The position numbers and the translations under genes were made by a program. A DNA stretch of 64,000 nucleotides from Candidatus Magasanikiibacteriota bacterium (GTDB lineage: Bacteria > Patescibacteriota > Patescibacteriia > Magasanikbacterales > UBA922), in the NCBI GenBank assembly GCA_041665025.1, contig JBAYJP010000005.1:11056-75055 (forward strand). Reading direction: 5' to 3'. The notes under the pieces are model-generated. The model had not been told where the DNA came from. It ran no database searches and saw only the letters and a program-made list of their open reading frames with translations. This document shows positions 1-7,816 of this stretch, in pieces (positions within the stretch are counted from its first letter, which is position 1; every line of letters starts with the position of its first letter).

Positions 1-1305
1 ACGGTTGAAATGTTTACGCCTCTCACCAAAATGAGCAAGCAAATTACGCATGCAGATCATATACCGTCATATGTACGTGAAGCATTTCGAGTTGCGCGTG
101 AAGAACGGCCAGGCGCAGTGCATTTGGAATTGCCCGAAGATGTCGCATCAGAAGAAACAAATTCTGAATTATATGAGCCACTGCATGCGCTTCGTCCTTC
201 TCCATATGTGGAGGCACTGCGTGTTGCTCAAGAACTCGTTCAATCATCAAAGCATCCTCTCATTCTCATTGGGGCAAGTGCAAATCGCAAACGAATTTCC
301 CAATATTTGACTGAGTTTATAAATAAAACAGGCATTCCTTTTGTAAATACACAAATGGGCAAAGGCGTGGTGGACGAACGCCATCCATTGTATTTGGGAA
401 CCGCTGCGTTATCCGAAGGTGATTATGTGCACTGTGCGATTGAGCATGCGGATCTTATTATCAATGTGGGCCATGATACGATAGAAAAGCCGCCGTTCAT
501 TATGCGGCGAGATGGGGCGCGCGTGATTCATTTTAATTTTTTTGCAGCCAAATGGGATAGCGTCTATTTCCCCCAGCATGAAGTGGTTGGCGATATTGGA
601 AATGGACTTGAATATATTACTCGGCATATTGTTCCTCAGACGCATTGGGACTTTTCATATTATCATACGATTAAGCAAGAGTTAGAAACGCATCTTTCGC
701 AGCGCATCGATAGTATGTCATTTCCGCTTATTCCACAGCGCATTATTGCAGATGTGCGTTCCACTGTGCCTGAAGATGGTATTGTAACGCTCGATAACGG
801 TATGTACAAAATTTGGTTTGCGCGAAATTATAAAACATACAAACCAAACACATTGCTTTTGGATAATGCCCTTGCGACTATGGGCGCAGGTCTTCCTTCG
901 GCTATGGTGGCAAAATTGTTACATCCTAATAAAAAAGTTATTTCAGTTGTAGGAGACGGAGGATTTATGATGAACTCGCAAGAACTGGAAACTGCCATTC
1001 GCCTGAAACTTGATTTAGTTATTTTGATTTTGGTAGACAATGCGTATGGCATGATACAGTGGAAACAACAGGCAGGAGGGTTTGCTGATTTTGGACTTGA
1101 ATTTGGCAATCCAGATTTTGTGAAATATGCGCAGAGTTATGGAGCACAGGGATATCGCGTTTCGCCAGAACAGAGTTTACATTATTTACTTGAAAAAACA
1201 TTGAATATACCAGGTGTGCATGTTATTGAAGTGCCAATCGATTATAGCGAAAATGTGAAGGTGTTTGGCGAAGAATTGAAGAATAAATTGTGTAAGTCCC
1301 AGTAA
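1..1305 (+). CDS. Thiamine-diphosphate enzyme, acetolactate-synthase-like. 5' partial; the frame is open to the window edge.
   Basis: C-terminal TPP-binding signature VVGDGGFMMNSQELETA...LVILILVDNAYGMIQW. Codons at 1-9 are in frame, so the gene starts upstream of the window. Confidence 0.7.
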   Translation, partial: TVEMFTPLTKMSKQITHADHIPSYVREAFRVAREERPGAVHLELPEDVASEETNSELYEPLHALRPSPYVEALRVAQELVQSSKHPLILIGASANRKRISQYLTEFINKTGIPFVNTQMGKGVVDERHPLYLGTAALSEGDYVHCAIEHADLIINVGHDTIEKPPFIMRRDGARVIHFNFFAAKWDSVYFPQHEVVGDIGNGLEYITRHIVPQTHWDFSYYHTIKQELETHLSQRIDSMSFPLIPQRIIADVRSTVPEDGIVTLDNGMYKIWFARNYKTYKPNTLLLDNALATMGAGLPSAMVAKLLHPNKKVISVVGDGGFMMNSQELETAIRLKLDLVILILVDNAYGMIQWKQQAGGFADFGLEFGNPDFVKYAQSYGAQGYRVSPEQSLHYLLEKTLNIPGVHVIEVPIDYSENVKVFGEELKNKLCKSQ

Positions 1306-1329
1306 GAGATTTATCATTTTAACAAGTGT

Positions 1330-2697
1330 ATGCCTATTGTATCCCACAATCCAACGACAGGAAAAGATATACAGTCATTTGAAGAACTTTCAATTGATGA
1401 AATTAACGCACGCATAGAATTATCACAGAGCGCATTTCAACATTGGCGTATTGTTTCGTTTGCAGAGCGTTCAGAAAAAATGCATACGCTTGCGACATTA
1501 TTACGTGAAAAAAAATATGAACTGGGTAAACTCGCAACTCTTGAAATGGGTAAGCCTATTACTCAAGCCGTGGGAGAAATAGAAAAATGCGCATGGGCAT
1601 GTGACTATTATGCAGACGATGCAGAGCATATGCTTGCACCCGAACATGTTTCTGCGGATTACGCAGAAAGTTATATACGTTTTGATCCTTTGGGAGTTAT
1701 ACTTGCGATAATGCCGTGGAATTTTCCGTATTGGCAGGTATTTCGGTTTGTAGCACCCGCGCTCATGGCAGGGAATGTTGGTCTGCTCAAACATGCATCA
1801 AATGTTCCCCAATGCGCGCGTGCTATTGAACATATAATTGAGGAAACGGGTTTTCCAAAAGGCGTATTTCAAACACTTCTGGTTGGTTCTGCGAAAGTTG
1901 AACATATTATCGCGCATGACTATGTGCAAGCAATTACGCTTACGGGAAGTGAACACGCAGGGTCTGTGTCTGCGTCGCAAGCCGCAAAGCTTATTAAAAA
2001 GTCGGTATTGGAATTGGGCGGTAGTGATCCATTTATTGTGTTATCTGATGCAGACATTGTGCGTACGTGTGAATTTGCGACAGCTGCGCGCTTGCAAAAC
2101 GCGGGACAAAGCTGTATTGCAGCCAAACGTTTTATCGTCGTTGAGGATCGTTACGACGAATTTATTCAAAATTATCGTGAACAATTTAGCCGATATATTG
2201 TTGGCGATCCTATGGACGAAAAAACTCAGCTTGGCCCTGTTGTTTCTCAGGCAAGTATAGAAGAATTGAAACGCCAGATTAACGAGAGTGTTTTGAAAGG
2301 CGCTGAAATCGTATACGGCGGAAAACAATTAGATAGAGCTGGTTATTTTTTTGAACCAACAATTGTTTCGCATGTAACCAAAGGAATGCCTTTGTATGAC
2401 GAGGAAGCATTTGGGCCAGTAAGTGCAGTGATCATTGTGCACGATGAAGAAAAAGCAATACAAGTAGCCAATGATACGCGTTTTGGTTTGGGAGCGTCTA
2501 TTTGGACAAAAGATATTGAAAAAGCACAAAAACTTGCATCTCATATTGAGGCAGGTAGTGTGTTTATTAATGGCATGGTAAAATCTGATCCCCGGCTTCC
2601 ATTTGGCGGAATAAAAAAATCTGGTTTTGGACGAGAATTATCACATTATGGAATAAAAGAATTTGTAAATGTAAAAACAGTGGTAGTAAATAAATGA
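1330..2697 (+). CDS. NAD(P)-dependent aldehyde dehydrogenase, succinate-semialdehyde dehydrogenase-like
   Basis: 455 aa. ALDH family motifs LELGGSDPFIV, catalytic Cys region QNAGQSCIAAKRF, and C-terminal PFGGIKKSGFGRE. TGA stop. Confidence 0.8.
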   Translation: MPIVSHNPTTGKDIQSFEELSIDEINARIELSQSAFQHWRIVSFAERSEKMHTLATLLREKKYELGKLATLEMGKPITQAVGEIEKCAWACDYYADDAEHMLAPEHVSADYAESYIRFDPLGVILAIMPWNFPYWQVFRFVAPALMAGNVGLLKHASNVPQCARAIEHIIEETGFPKGVFQTLLVGSAKVEHIIAHDYVQAITLTGSEHAGSVSASQAAKLIKKSVLELGGSDPFIVLSDADIVRTCEFATAARLQNAGQSCIAAKRFIVVEDRYDEFIQNYREQFSRYIVGDPMDEKTQLGPVVSQASIEELKRQINESVLKGAEIVYGGKQLDRAGYFFEPTIVSHVTKGMPLYDEEAFGPVSAVIIVHDEEKAIQVANDTRFGLGASIWTKDIEKAQKLASHIEAGSVFINGMVKSDPRLPFGGIKKSGFGRELSHYGIKEFVNVKTVVVNK

Positions 2698-2745
2698 TGT
2701 TTTGACAAATTAGATTATAATTTATACATTTGTTAATGATAAAAA

Positions 2746-2785
2746 AACAACCTCGATTGATTCGAGATTGTTTTTATTTTTCTTC
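2746..2785. terminator. Hairpin aacaacctcga-ttgat-tcgagattgtt flanked by an A-run on the left and a T-run on the right. Bidirectional terminator candidate.
   Basis: 11 bp stem with 1 mismatch and a 5 nt loop. TTTTTATTTTT follows on the plus strand and AAAAAAA precedes it, which is the T-run for the minus strand. Confidence 0.4.
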
Positions 2786-2846
2786 CGCCCTCACATTTCT
2801 CTACAAATATATTTATAAAGAAAGGGGATTGGTAGGGCGGGAGAGA

Positions 2847-3140
2847 CTACTTTCTCTGGCAGACGCGGGAGATGGACTCCCACGTGTTGACGAGGAAGCC
2901 CTTGAGGCTTCTCAGGACGTGGAACGTGTAGTTCCACGTGTCTACGAATAGGGTGGCGAGAGGGCCGCCGAGGAGCTCGGCGGCGCAGCCGAAGAAGATT
3001 CCCTCGATCAGGAGGGCGGCGGGGAATTCAAGGAGTCCGAAGACTCCTCGTCGTTCGCAGGCGACCGCCGTGTAATAGGCGGCGATCCCGAACAGCGTTG
3101 TGAGCGCTAAGAGCGCTCGGATTTTCGCTTTGCGTTCCAC
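2847..3140 (-). CDS. Small GC-rich hydrophobic protein, possibly GlsB/YeaQ/YmgE-like. GTG start.
   Basis: About 96 aa with two hydrophobic segments separated by ERRGVFG. Codons are strongly G/C-ending (GCC, CTC, ATC, GGC), unlike the flanking genes. An AGGAGT Shine-Dalgarno sits 4 nt before GTG at 3138-3140. The six-frame ORF is longer (2847..3191). Confidence 0.5.
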   Translation of the reverse strand: MERKAKIRALLALTTLFGIAAYYTAVACERRGVFGLLEFPAALLIEGIFFGCAAELLGGPLATLFVDTWNYTFHVLRSLKGFLVNTWESISRVCQRK

Positions 3141-3173
3141 GCAGACTCCTTTTTTGCCAGGGTTTGAGAAAAA

Positions 3174-3202
3174 ACAATACCAGAAAAACATGATATTGTC
3201 AA
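3174..3202 (-). promoter_or_regulatory. Sigma70-like promoter for the small GC-rich gene (TTGACA-17-TATTGT on the minus strand)
   Basis: Reverse complement of 3197-3202 is TTGACA and of 3174-3179 is TATTGT, with a 17 nt spacer. Lies 35 to 60 nt upstream of the GTG. Confidence 0.4.
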
Positions 3203-3257
3203 TGAGTGTATTACGGTCTGGACTTTTTATCAGTTTTTTTGCGTTTTGTTATAAACA

Positions 3258-3287
3258 AAAACCCGATCGCTTATTGCGACCGGGTTT
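3258..3287 (-). terminator. Hairpin aaacccgatcgc-ttatt-gcgaccgggttt. Terminator candidate for the minus gene 3323..3700.
   Basis: 11 bp stem with 1 mismatch, followed by a T-rich tract on the minus strand (the A-run at 3253-3260 on the plus strand). Confidence 0.45.
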
Positions 3288-3322
3288 AGTCTAGTATGGG
3301 TGATATGGCCATAGCATCATAA

Positions 3323-3700
3323 TTACATGTCTTCTGTTTCTTTTGGCGTGTATAGCGCGCCCCACGAAGCAAGGATTAACACAATAATACCGAGCACAAG
3401 CGTATTAATATAGGCTACACGATTATCTGTAAAGCCGAGTATAAAAGGCGATAGTACGAGCCATAATCCTATTACTGCATTTGTCCAGCTTGGCCACCGC
3501 ACCTTGGTTCCTTCTTCTGTTTCTCGTAGCGCTGAAAGAGCTATTACTGCTATACCGAAAATAATGCTATTCCACAAAGCTGAAGTTACTTCGGTAAAAC
3601 TGAGGATGAAAGGTGACAAAATTAACCATACGCCAGCGACAATATCTACGCCGCTTGTGGTTTTTACATACATCCTTTGTTGTTGCATGGTTGTTGGCAT
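3323..3700 (-). CDS. Small membrane protein with two LSPFIL(S/G)F repeats, SPW-repeat-like
   Basis: Start is proposed at MPTTMQQQ, preceded by GGGGGGTGA. Two repeated TM segments WLILSPFILSF and WLVLSPFILGF. The ORF upstream of this Met is AT-rich and low-complexity. Confidence 0.45.
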   Translation of the reverse strand: MPTTMQQQRMYVKTTSGVDIVAGVWLILSPFILSFTEVTSALWNSIIFGIAVIALSALRETEEGTKVRWPSWTNAVIGLWLVLSPFILGFTDNRVAYINTLVLGIIVLILASWGALYTPKETEDM

Positions 3701-4065
3701 ATTTTTCACCCCCCTTCTAGTTAGAATTGGGTTATAGAGGTAGTATGGCGTCTTTTTCAAAGGTGTCAAGCATACATTACTGTAGGTCATCATGATTATG
3801 GTATTATTAACATAATTAATAATGTGGATAACCATATTTGACCGTTATGAACAGATGCATTACACTACATAAGTTATGAAACAAGTAATGTTTAGACAAA
3901 ATAATAACAATAATAACAGTCCGATCGGCGGAATGTGTTTTCTTGTTGGATAACTCCAACACCAGTCAACCTCAACACACAACCCGCCGTCACCGGCGGG
4001 TTTAACTATTTTTATACGGAGATATGGAATGAATGAGAAACACTGAAAAAGAAAACAAAATTTAT

Positions 4066-4137
4066 TCCCGGGTAGTTGAGTGGTACAACACCTCGCTGTT
4101 AACGAGGATACCGTTGGTTCGAATCCAACCCCGGGAG
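4066..4137 (+). tRNA. tRNA-Asn (GTT)
   Basis: Manual cloverleaf fold. Acceptor TCCCGGG/CCCGGGA; anticodon stem CCTCG/CGAGG with loop CTGTTAA; T-arm GTTGG-TTCGAAT-CCAAC. Confidence 0.8.
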
Positions 4138-4235
4138 CGAGGAAAATTTTGAATTTACAAATTTACAATTTTTAAAATAATCTTTTAATCTTTCAATCTT
4201 TTAATCTTAAATTTTAATTTAATTCACTAAGAGCG

Positions 4236-4262
4236 TCAGACGTAGGAAAGATTCCTCGCTAC
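4236..4262. repeat. Copy of the short repeat TCATTCCGAGCG-TAGCGAGGAATC in reverse orientation, just upstream of glnA
   Basis: gattcctcgctacgctcggaatga is the reverse complement of tcattccgagcgtagcgaggaatc. Related copies lie at 12521-12556 and 12616-12638. Confidence 0.5.
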
Positions 4263-4282
4263 GCTCGGAATGAGAAAACTAT

Positions 4283-5623
4283 ATGCCCCATGCATACACC
4301 AAGGAGGAAGTTCTCTCGCTATGCGAGAAAGAACGAGTCAAGTTTGTAGATTTGCAGTTCACCGATTTACTCGGTCAACTCAAAGCGGTAACTATTCCTA
4401 TTGAAAAACTGGGAGAGGGAATAGATAGCAATGTGTGGTTTGATGGTTCTTCAATTGAAGGATTTGCGCGTATATCTGAGAGTGATATGTATTTGAAATT
4501 GGATCTTTATACGTTTGCCGTGTTGCCTTGGAGTAAAGAAAGTGTGAATGTAACCGCCCGTTTATTTTGTGATGTGTACAAGCCAAATGGCGAGCCGTAT
4601 GAAAGCGATCCGCGTTATATTTTGAAACAGCAGATTGCTCGGGCAGAACGTATGGGATATGTCTATTATTGCGGGCCAGAGTTGGAATTTTTTCTTTTGA
4701 AACGTGAAAATGGAAATATTGTGCCTATGCCGCATGACCACGCCGGGTATTTTGACCAGGCGACTGATGCGGCAACAGAAGTTCGCAAAGAAATGACCAA
4801 TGCATTGCAAGAACTTGGTATAGAGGTAGAAGCTTTGCATCATGAAGTGGCCGATGGCCAGCATGAAATAGATTTCAAATATGGCGATCCCCTTACAACC
4901 GCAGACAATGCAACCACATTCAAATATGCGCTCAAAATGATTGCAGCAAAACATGGGTTGCATGCGACGTTTATGCCGAAGCCATTTTTTGGAATTAATG
5001 GCTCGGGCATGCATGTGCATCAAAGTATCTTTACCGGAGGCAATAATGCATTTTATGATGCAAACGACGCGTATGGCTTGTCTGAATTAGCGCGATATTT
5101 TATTGCAGGCCAGCTCAAACATATCAAAGCCATGAATGCAGTTCTAAATCCGCTCGTAAACTCATACAAGAGATTAGTGGTAGGGTACGAAGCACCGGTG
5201 TATTTGTCATGGGGACAGACCAACCGCTCAGCACTTATCCGAGTTCCACGCATAAATCCAGCTCGGCCAAAGGCAACGCGAGCAGAACTTCGTTGTCCAG
5301 ACCCTTCGGCTAATCCTTATTTAGCATTTGCCGTCATGCTCGCCGCAGGGTTGGATGGCATAGAAAATAAACTCATGCCACCTACGGCAGTCGAAGAGAG
5401 CGTGTATGAATTTTCGGAGGAAGATATGAAGAACCGCGGTATTGAAACATTGCCCGCAGATTTGTATGGTTCACTTCGCGCTTTGGCAAAAGATGAATTA
5501 ATAAAGAATGTGTTGGGTGATGTCACTTACGCGAAATATTATGCCATCAAAATGAAAGAATGGGATGAATTTAGAATTTATGTAACGGATTGGGAGCGGG
5601 ATAGGTATTTGGGCGTGTATTAA
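4283..5623 (+). CDS. glnA: Glutamine synthetase type I
   Basis: 446 aa. Motifs GPELEFF, KPFFGINGSGMHVHQS and SWGQTNRSALIRVP. Confidence 0.9.
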   Translation: MPHAYTKEEVLSLCEKERVKFVDLQFTDLLGQLKAVTIPIEKLGEGIDSNVWFDGSSIEGFARISESDMYLKLDLYTFAVLPWSKESVNVTARLFCDVYKPNGEPYESDPRYILKQQIARAERMGYVYYCGPELEFFLLKRENGNIVPMPHDHAGYFDQATDAATEVRKEMTNALQELGIEVEALHHEVADGQHEIDFKYGDPLTTADNATTFKYALKMIAAKHGLHATFMPKPFFGINGSGMHVHQSIFTGGNNAFYDANDAYGLSELARYFIAGQLKHIKAMNAVLNPLVNSYKRLVVGYEAPVYLSWGQTNRSALIRVPRINPARPKATRAELRCPDPSANPYLAFAVMLAAGLDGIENKLMPPTAVEESVYEFSEEDMKNRGIETLPADLYGSLRALAKDELIKNVLGDVTYAKYYAIKMKEWDEFRIYVTDWERDRYLGVY

Positions 5624-5678
5624 GTTGAAATATATTGTCCGTTGGGGTACAATTCCATTATTATTTTTGTTTTAATGT

Positions 5679-5984
5679 ATGGGCGTAGAGGACAGTAGAG
5701 GGGATCAAATCGAAGTCTCAAAGGTAGGCGCAGGCATGATTACCATTCAGGACCCTTTGGGGAAAGAGCAGGTAGTTTTATCAGTAGCCAAAGTCACCTA
5801 TCGAGATGGGTCACAAAGATTTTGTCTTGATTCTCATTTTATGGGTTTGCAAATTAGTGCGGATACACACCGGGACCTGGAATATACGCTTATGGAAGCT
5901 CAAGGTATGTTGGCACAAGGAATTTCGGCGCGTGCGGTGGCGGAAGATCTCCAGGGGAGCGGAGTGACGTATTTAGCACAGTAA
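5679..5984 (+). CDS. Hypothetical protein of 101 aa, moderately GC-elevated
   Basis: Intact ORF with an ATG start and no recognisable motifs. Visually about 48-50% GC against about 40% in the neighbours. Confidence 0.35.
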   Translation: MGVEDSRGDQIEVSKVGAGMITIQDPLGKEQVVLSVAKVTYRDGSQRFCLDSHFMGLQISADTHRDLEYTLMEAQGMLAQGISARAVAEDLQGSGVTYLAQ

Positions 5985-6005
5985 TAACGAGAAAAAATCT
6001 ATTAT

Positions 6006-6040
6006 AAAAAATCCACTCCGAGGACCGAAGTGGATTTTTG
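6006..6040. terminator. Bidirectional terminator hairpin aatccact...agtggatt between convergent genes
   Basis: 8 bp stem aatccact/agtggatt with a GC-rich loop, an A-run before and a T-run after. Lies between the convergent genes 5679..5984 (+) and 6094..7176 (-). Confidence 0.4.
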
Positions 6041-6093
6041 TTCACATGTGGTGGACTTATTTTAATGTAGCAGTGAATGGAATTCTAACTGTA

Positions 6094-7176
6094 TTAACGT
6101 CTGTCTATCATAGGTCTCTCTTTTTCTGTACGCATTGCATGTAATATCTCGGTTTCTCTTATAACATCACCTTGTATTTCTCCACGTAAATTACCTTCGG
6201 CGAGCGCCCTCATTTCATCTCTATCATCAGTTCTACTCAAAATATAATTTGTTTTCATCATCAATTGCTGGAAATCAGGTACACCCCTCAAACGAATCCA
6301 ATCATTACTAGGTGGTTGATTCTCGTTATCAGCAAAAAATACCGTTTGGTCATGAGTTAAATCCCGCAGCATATGAAAGAACTTGCTTTCAGTAGTTAAT
6401 GGCGGGTCTTTGGGCAAATCATATAAAAGAATGGCATCTGCATCCCCACAGGCTTTCAATTTTGCTTCTATAGAACTCGCCAATTCTCCAGTAACTCGAA
6501 TGGGTACTATATTTTTTTGTTGCAAAGCATTAAAATGAAATTCTCCATCATCATGACGCAGTAATCTGTCCTCATCTACTTCAATACTACCAGCATTAAT
6601 TCTTGCTATAGGCTGTTCAGTAACCCCATCAAACGCATCTACATTACTTGCCGAATACTTACGTGCATGTGTACCCCGAAAGAGTTTTCCATGAAAACAG
6701 ACCGAGACTTCGTCAACAGGAGGAATTTCATTGCCTGAACGTGCTGCAACTTCAATTGCATCGAGCAAATTCCGCGGACCGTCAGAATCTTTCTCAGCAG
6801 CAGGGGTCATAGAGCCGGTAAATACAACAGGTCGCTTAAGCCCTTCCAATTGGTAACTCATCGCAGCAGCAGACGGACCCATGGTATCGGTACCAAAAAT
6901 TACCACAATTCCATCGTAATTTTGATGTGTTTCAGCAATGTTTTTAGCAAGTAGGTTATAGAATTCAAGATTAGCATCGGACGAGTCAATAAAACGACCA
7001 CCTGGCTTGAATTCCTCCCACTCCAAATTGTATGGGACATCCTGTAATTCAGGAATATTTTTTTGTAATTCTTCAAGTGTCCCTGGCTTTAAGCCTCCAT
7101 TTACAGAGGACGGTTTCATTCCTATCGTTCCTCCAGTATAGATTACGAGAATGTTCCTTTCATTTGGCTGTTTCAT
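6094..7176 (-). CDS. L-asparaginase family protein
   Basis: N-terminal ILVIYTGGTIGM (the asparaginase TGGTIAG motif) and a second conserved block GIVVIFGTDTM. 360 aa. Confidence 0.75.
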   Translation of the reverse strand: MKQPNERNILVIYTGGTIGMKPSSVNGGLKPGTLEELQKNIPELQDVPYNLEWEEFKPGGRFIDSSDANLEFYNLLAKNIAETHQNYDGIVVIFGTDTMGPSAAAMSYQLEGLKRPVVFTGSMTPAAEKDSDGPRNLLDAIEVAARSGNEIPPVDEVSVCFHGKLFRGTHARKYSASNVDAFDGVTEQPIARINAGSIEVDEDRLLRHDDGEFHFNALQQKNIVPIRVTGELASSIEAKLKACGDADAILLYDLPKDPPLTTESKFFHMLRDLTHDQTVFFADNENQPPSNDWIRLRGVPDFQQLMMKTNYILSRTDDRDEMRALAEGNLRGEIQGDVIRETEILHAMRTEKERPMIDRR

Positions 7177-7319
7177 AATAGGTCAGTTAATTAGACGTAT
7201 TTTACTAAATCTACAGTCTTTATGCAATCTATTTGTCATATCAAACTGGTATTTTTGGTTATAAATATTAAAGAGAGGTTATAATTTTTAAGTGATTTAA
7301 TATTATGGTTTTATTCATC

Positions 7320-7349
7320 TTGACACGCTGTGAAGTGGTGGAGTATAGT
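7320..7349 (+). promoter_or_regulatory. Sigma70-like promoter TTGACA-18-TATAGT upstream of the KGG stress protein gene
   Basis: TTGACA at 7320-7325, TATAGT at 7344-7349. Confidence 0.4.
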
Positions 7350-7377
7350 ATAAATGTATACCAAATAAGTATATTAT

Positions 7378-7647
7378 ATGAAAAAAGAAAAAAAACAGGG
7401 CTTTCTCAGCATGACGGTAAAACAACGTCAAGCCATTGCGCGCAAAGGAGGACAATCTGCCCATGCGACAGGCAAAGCTCATAAACTTACATTTGAAGAA
7501 CGAAGTAAAGGCGGACAAAAAAGTCAGGGTAATTTTAAGTATCGCCCCGAAGCGGCAAAAGAAGCAGGGAGAAAAGGGGGAAAAGCCCGAAAACGTAGAA
7601 AGATATTAAGTGAAAATTCACCATCGCCGGTCGGTTTAGTTGGTTAA
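7378..7647 (+). CDS. KGG-repeat general stress protein (YciG/Con-10-like)
   Basis: Repeated KGG motifs (ARKGGQSAHATGKAH, SKGGQKSQG, GRKGGKARK) in a small basic protein. The second Met at 7411 is an alternative start. Confidence 0.55.
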   Translation: MKKEKKQGFLSMTVKQRQAIARKGGQSAHATGKAHKLTFEERSKGGQKSQGNFKYRPEAAKEAGRKGGKARKRRKILSENSPSPVGLVG

Positions 7648-7816
7648 ATTATTTTTTACGTATGCTTTCTGTGGATAACTATTTTGCTTAACTCATTCAC
7701 AAAATGGTACTTTTGCACTCTTCAGAATGCTTGACCGTTTAGACAAGGCGTTTGTATACTCACAACGCCTGTTTTTATTATTTAATTTTTAAAACTAATT
7801 CTTTAACACATCCCCC

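Noticed and set aside
2730-2951. Plus-strand ORF 2730..2951 and other short ORFs overlapping the GC island
   Set aside because: No start signals. It is opposite the minus-strand gene, which has a promoter, SD and terminator.
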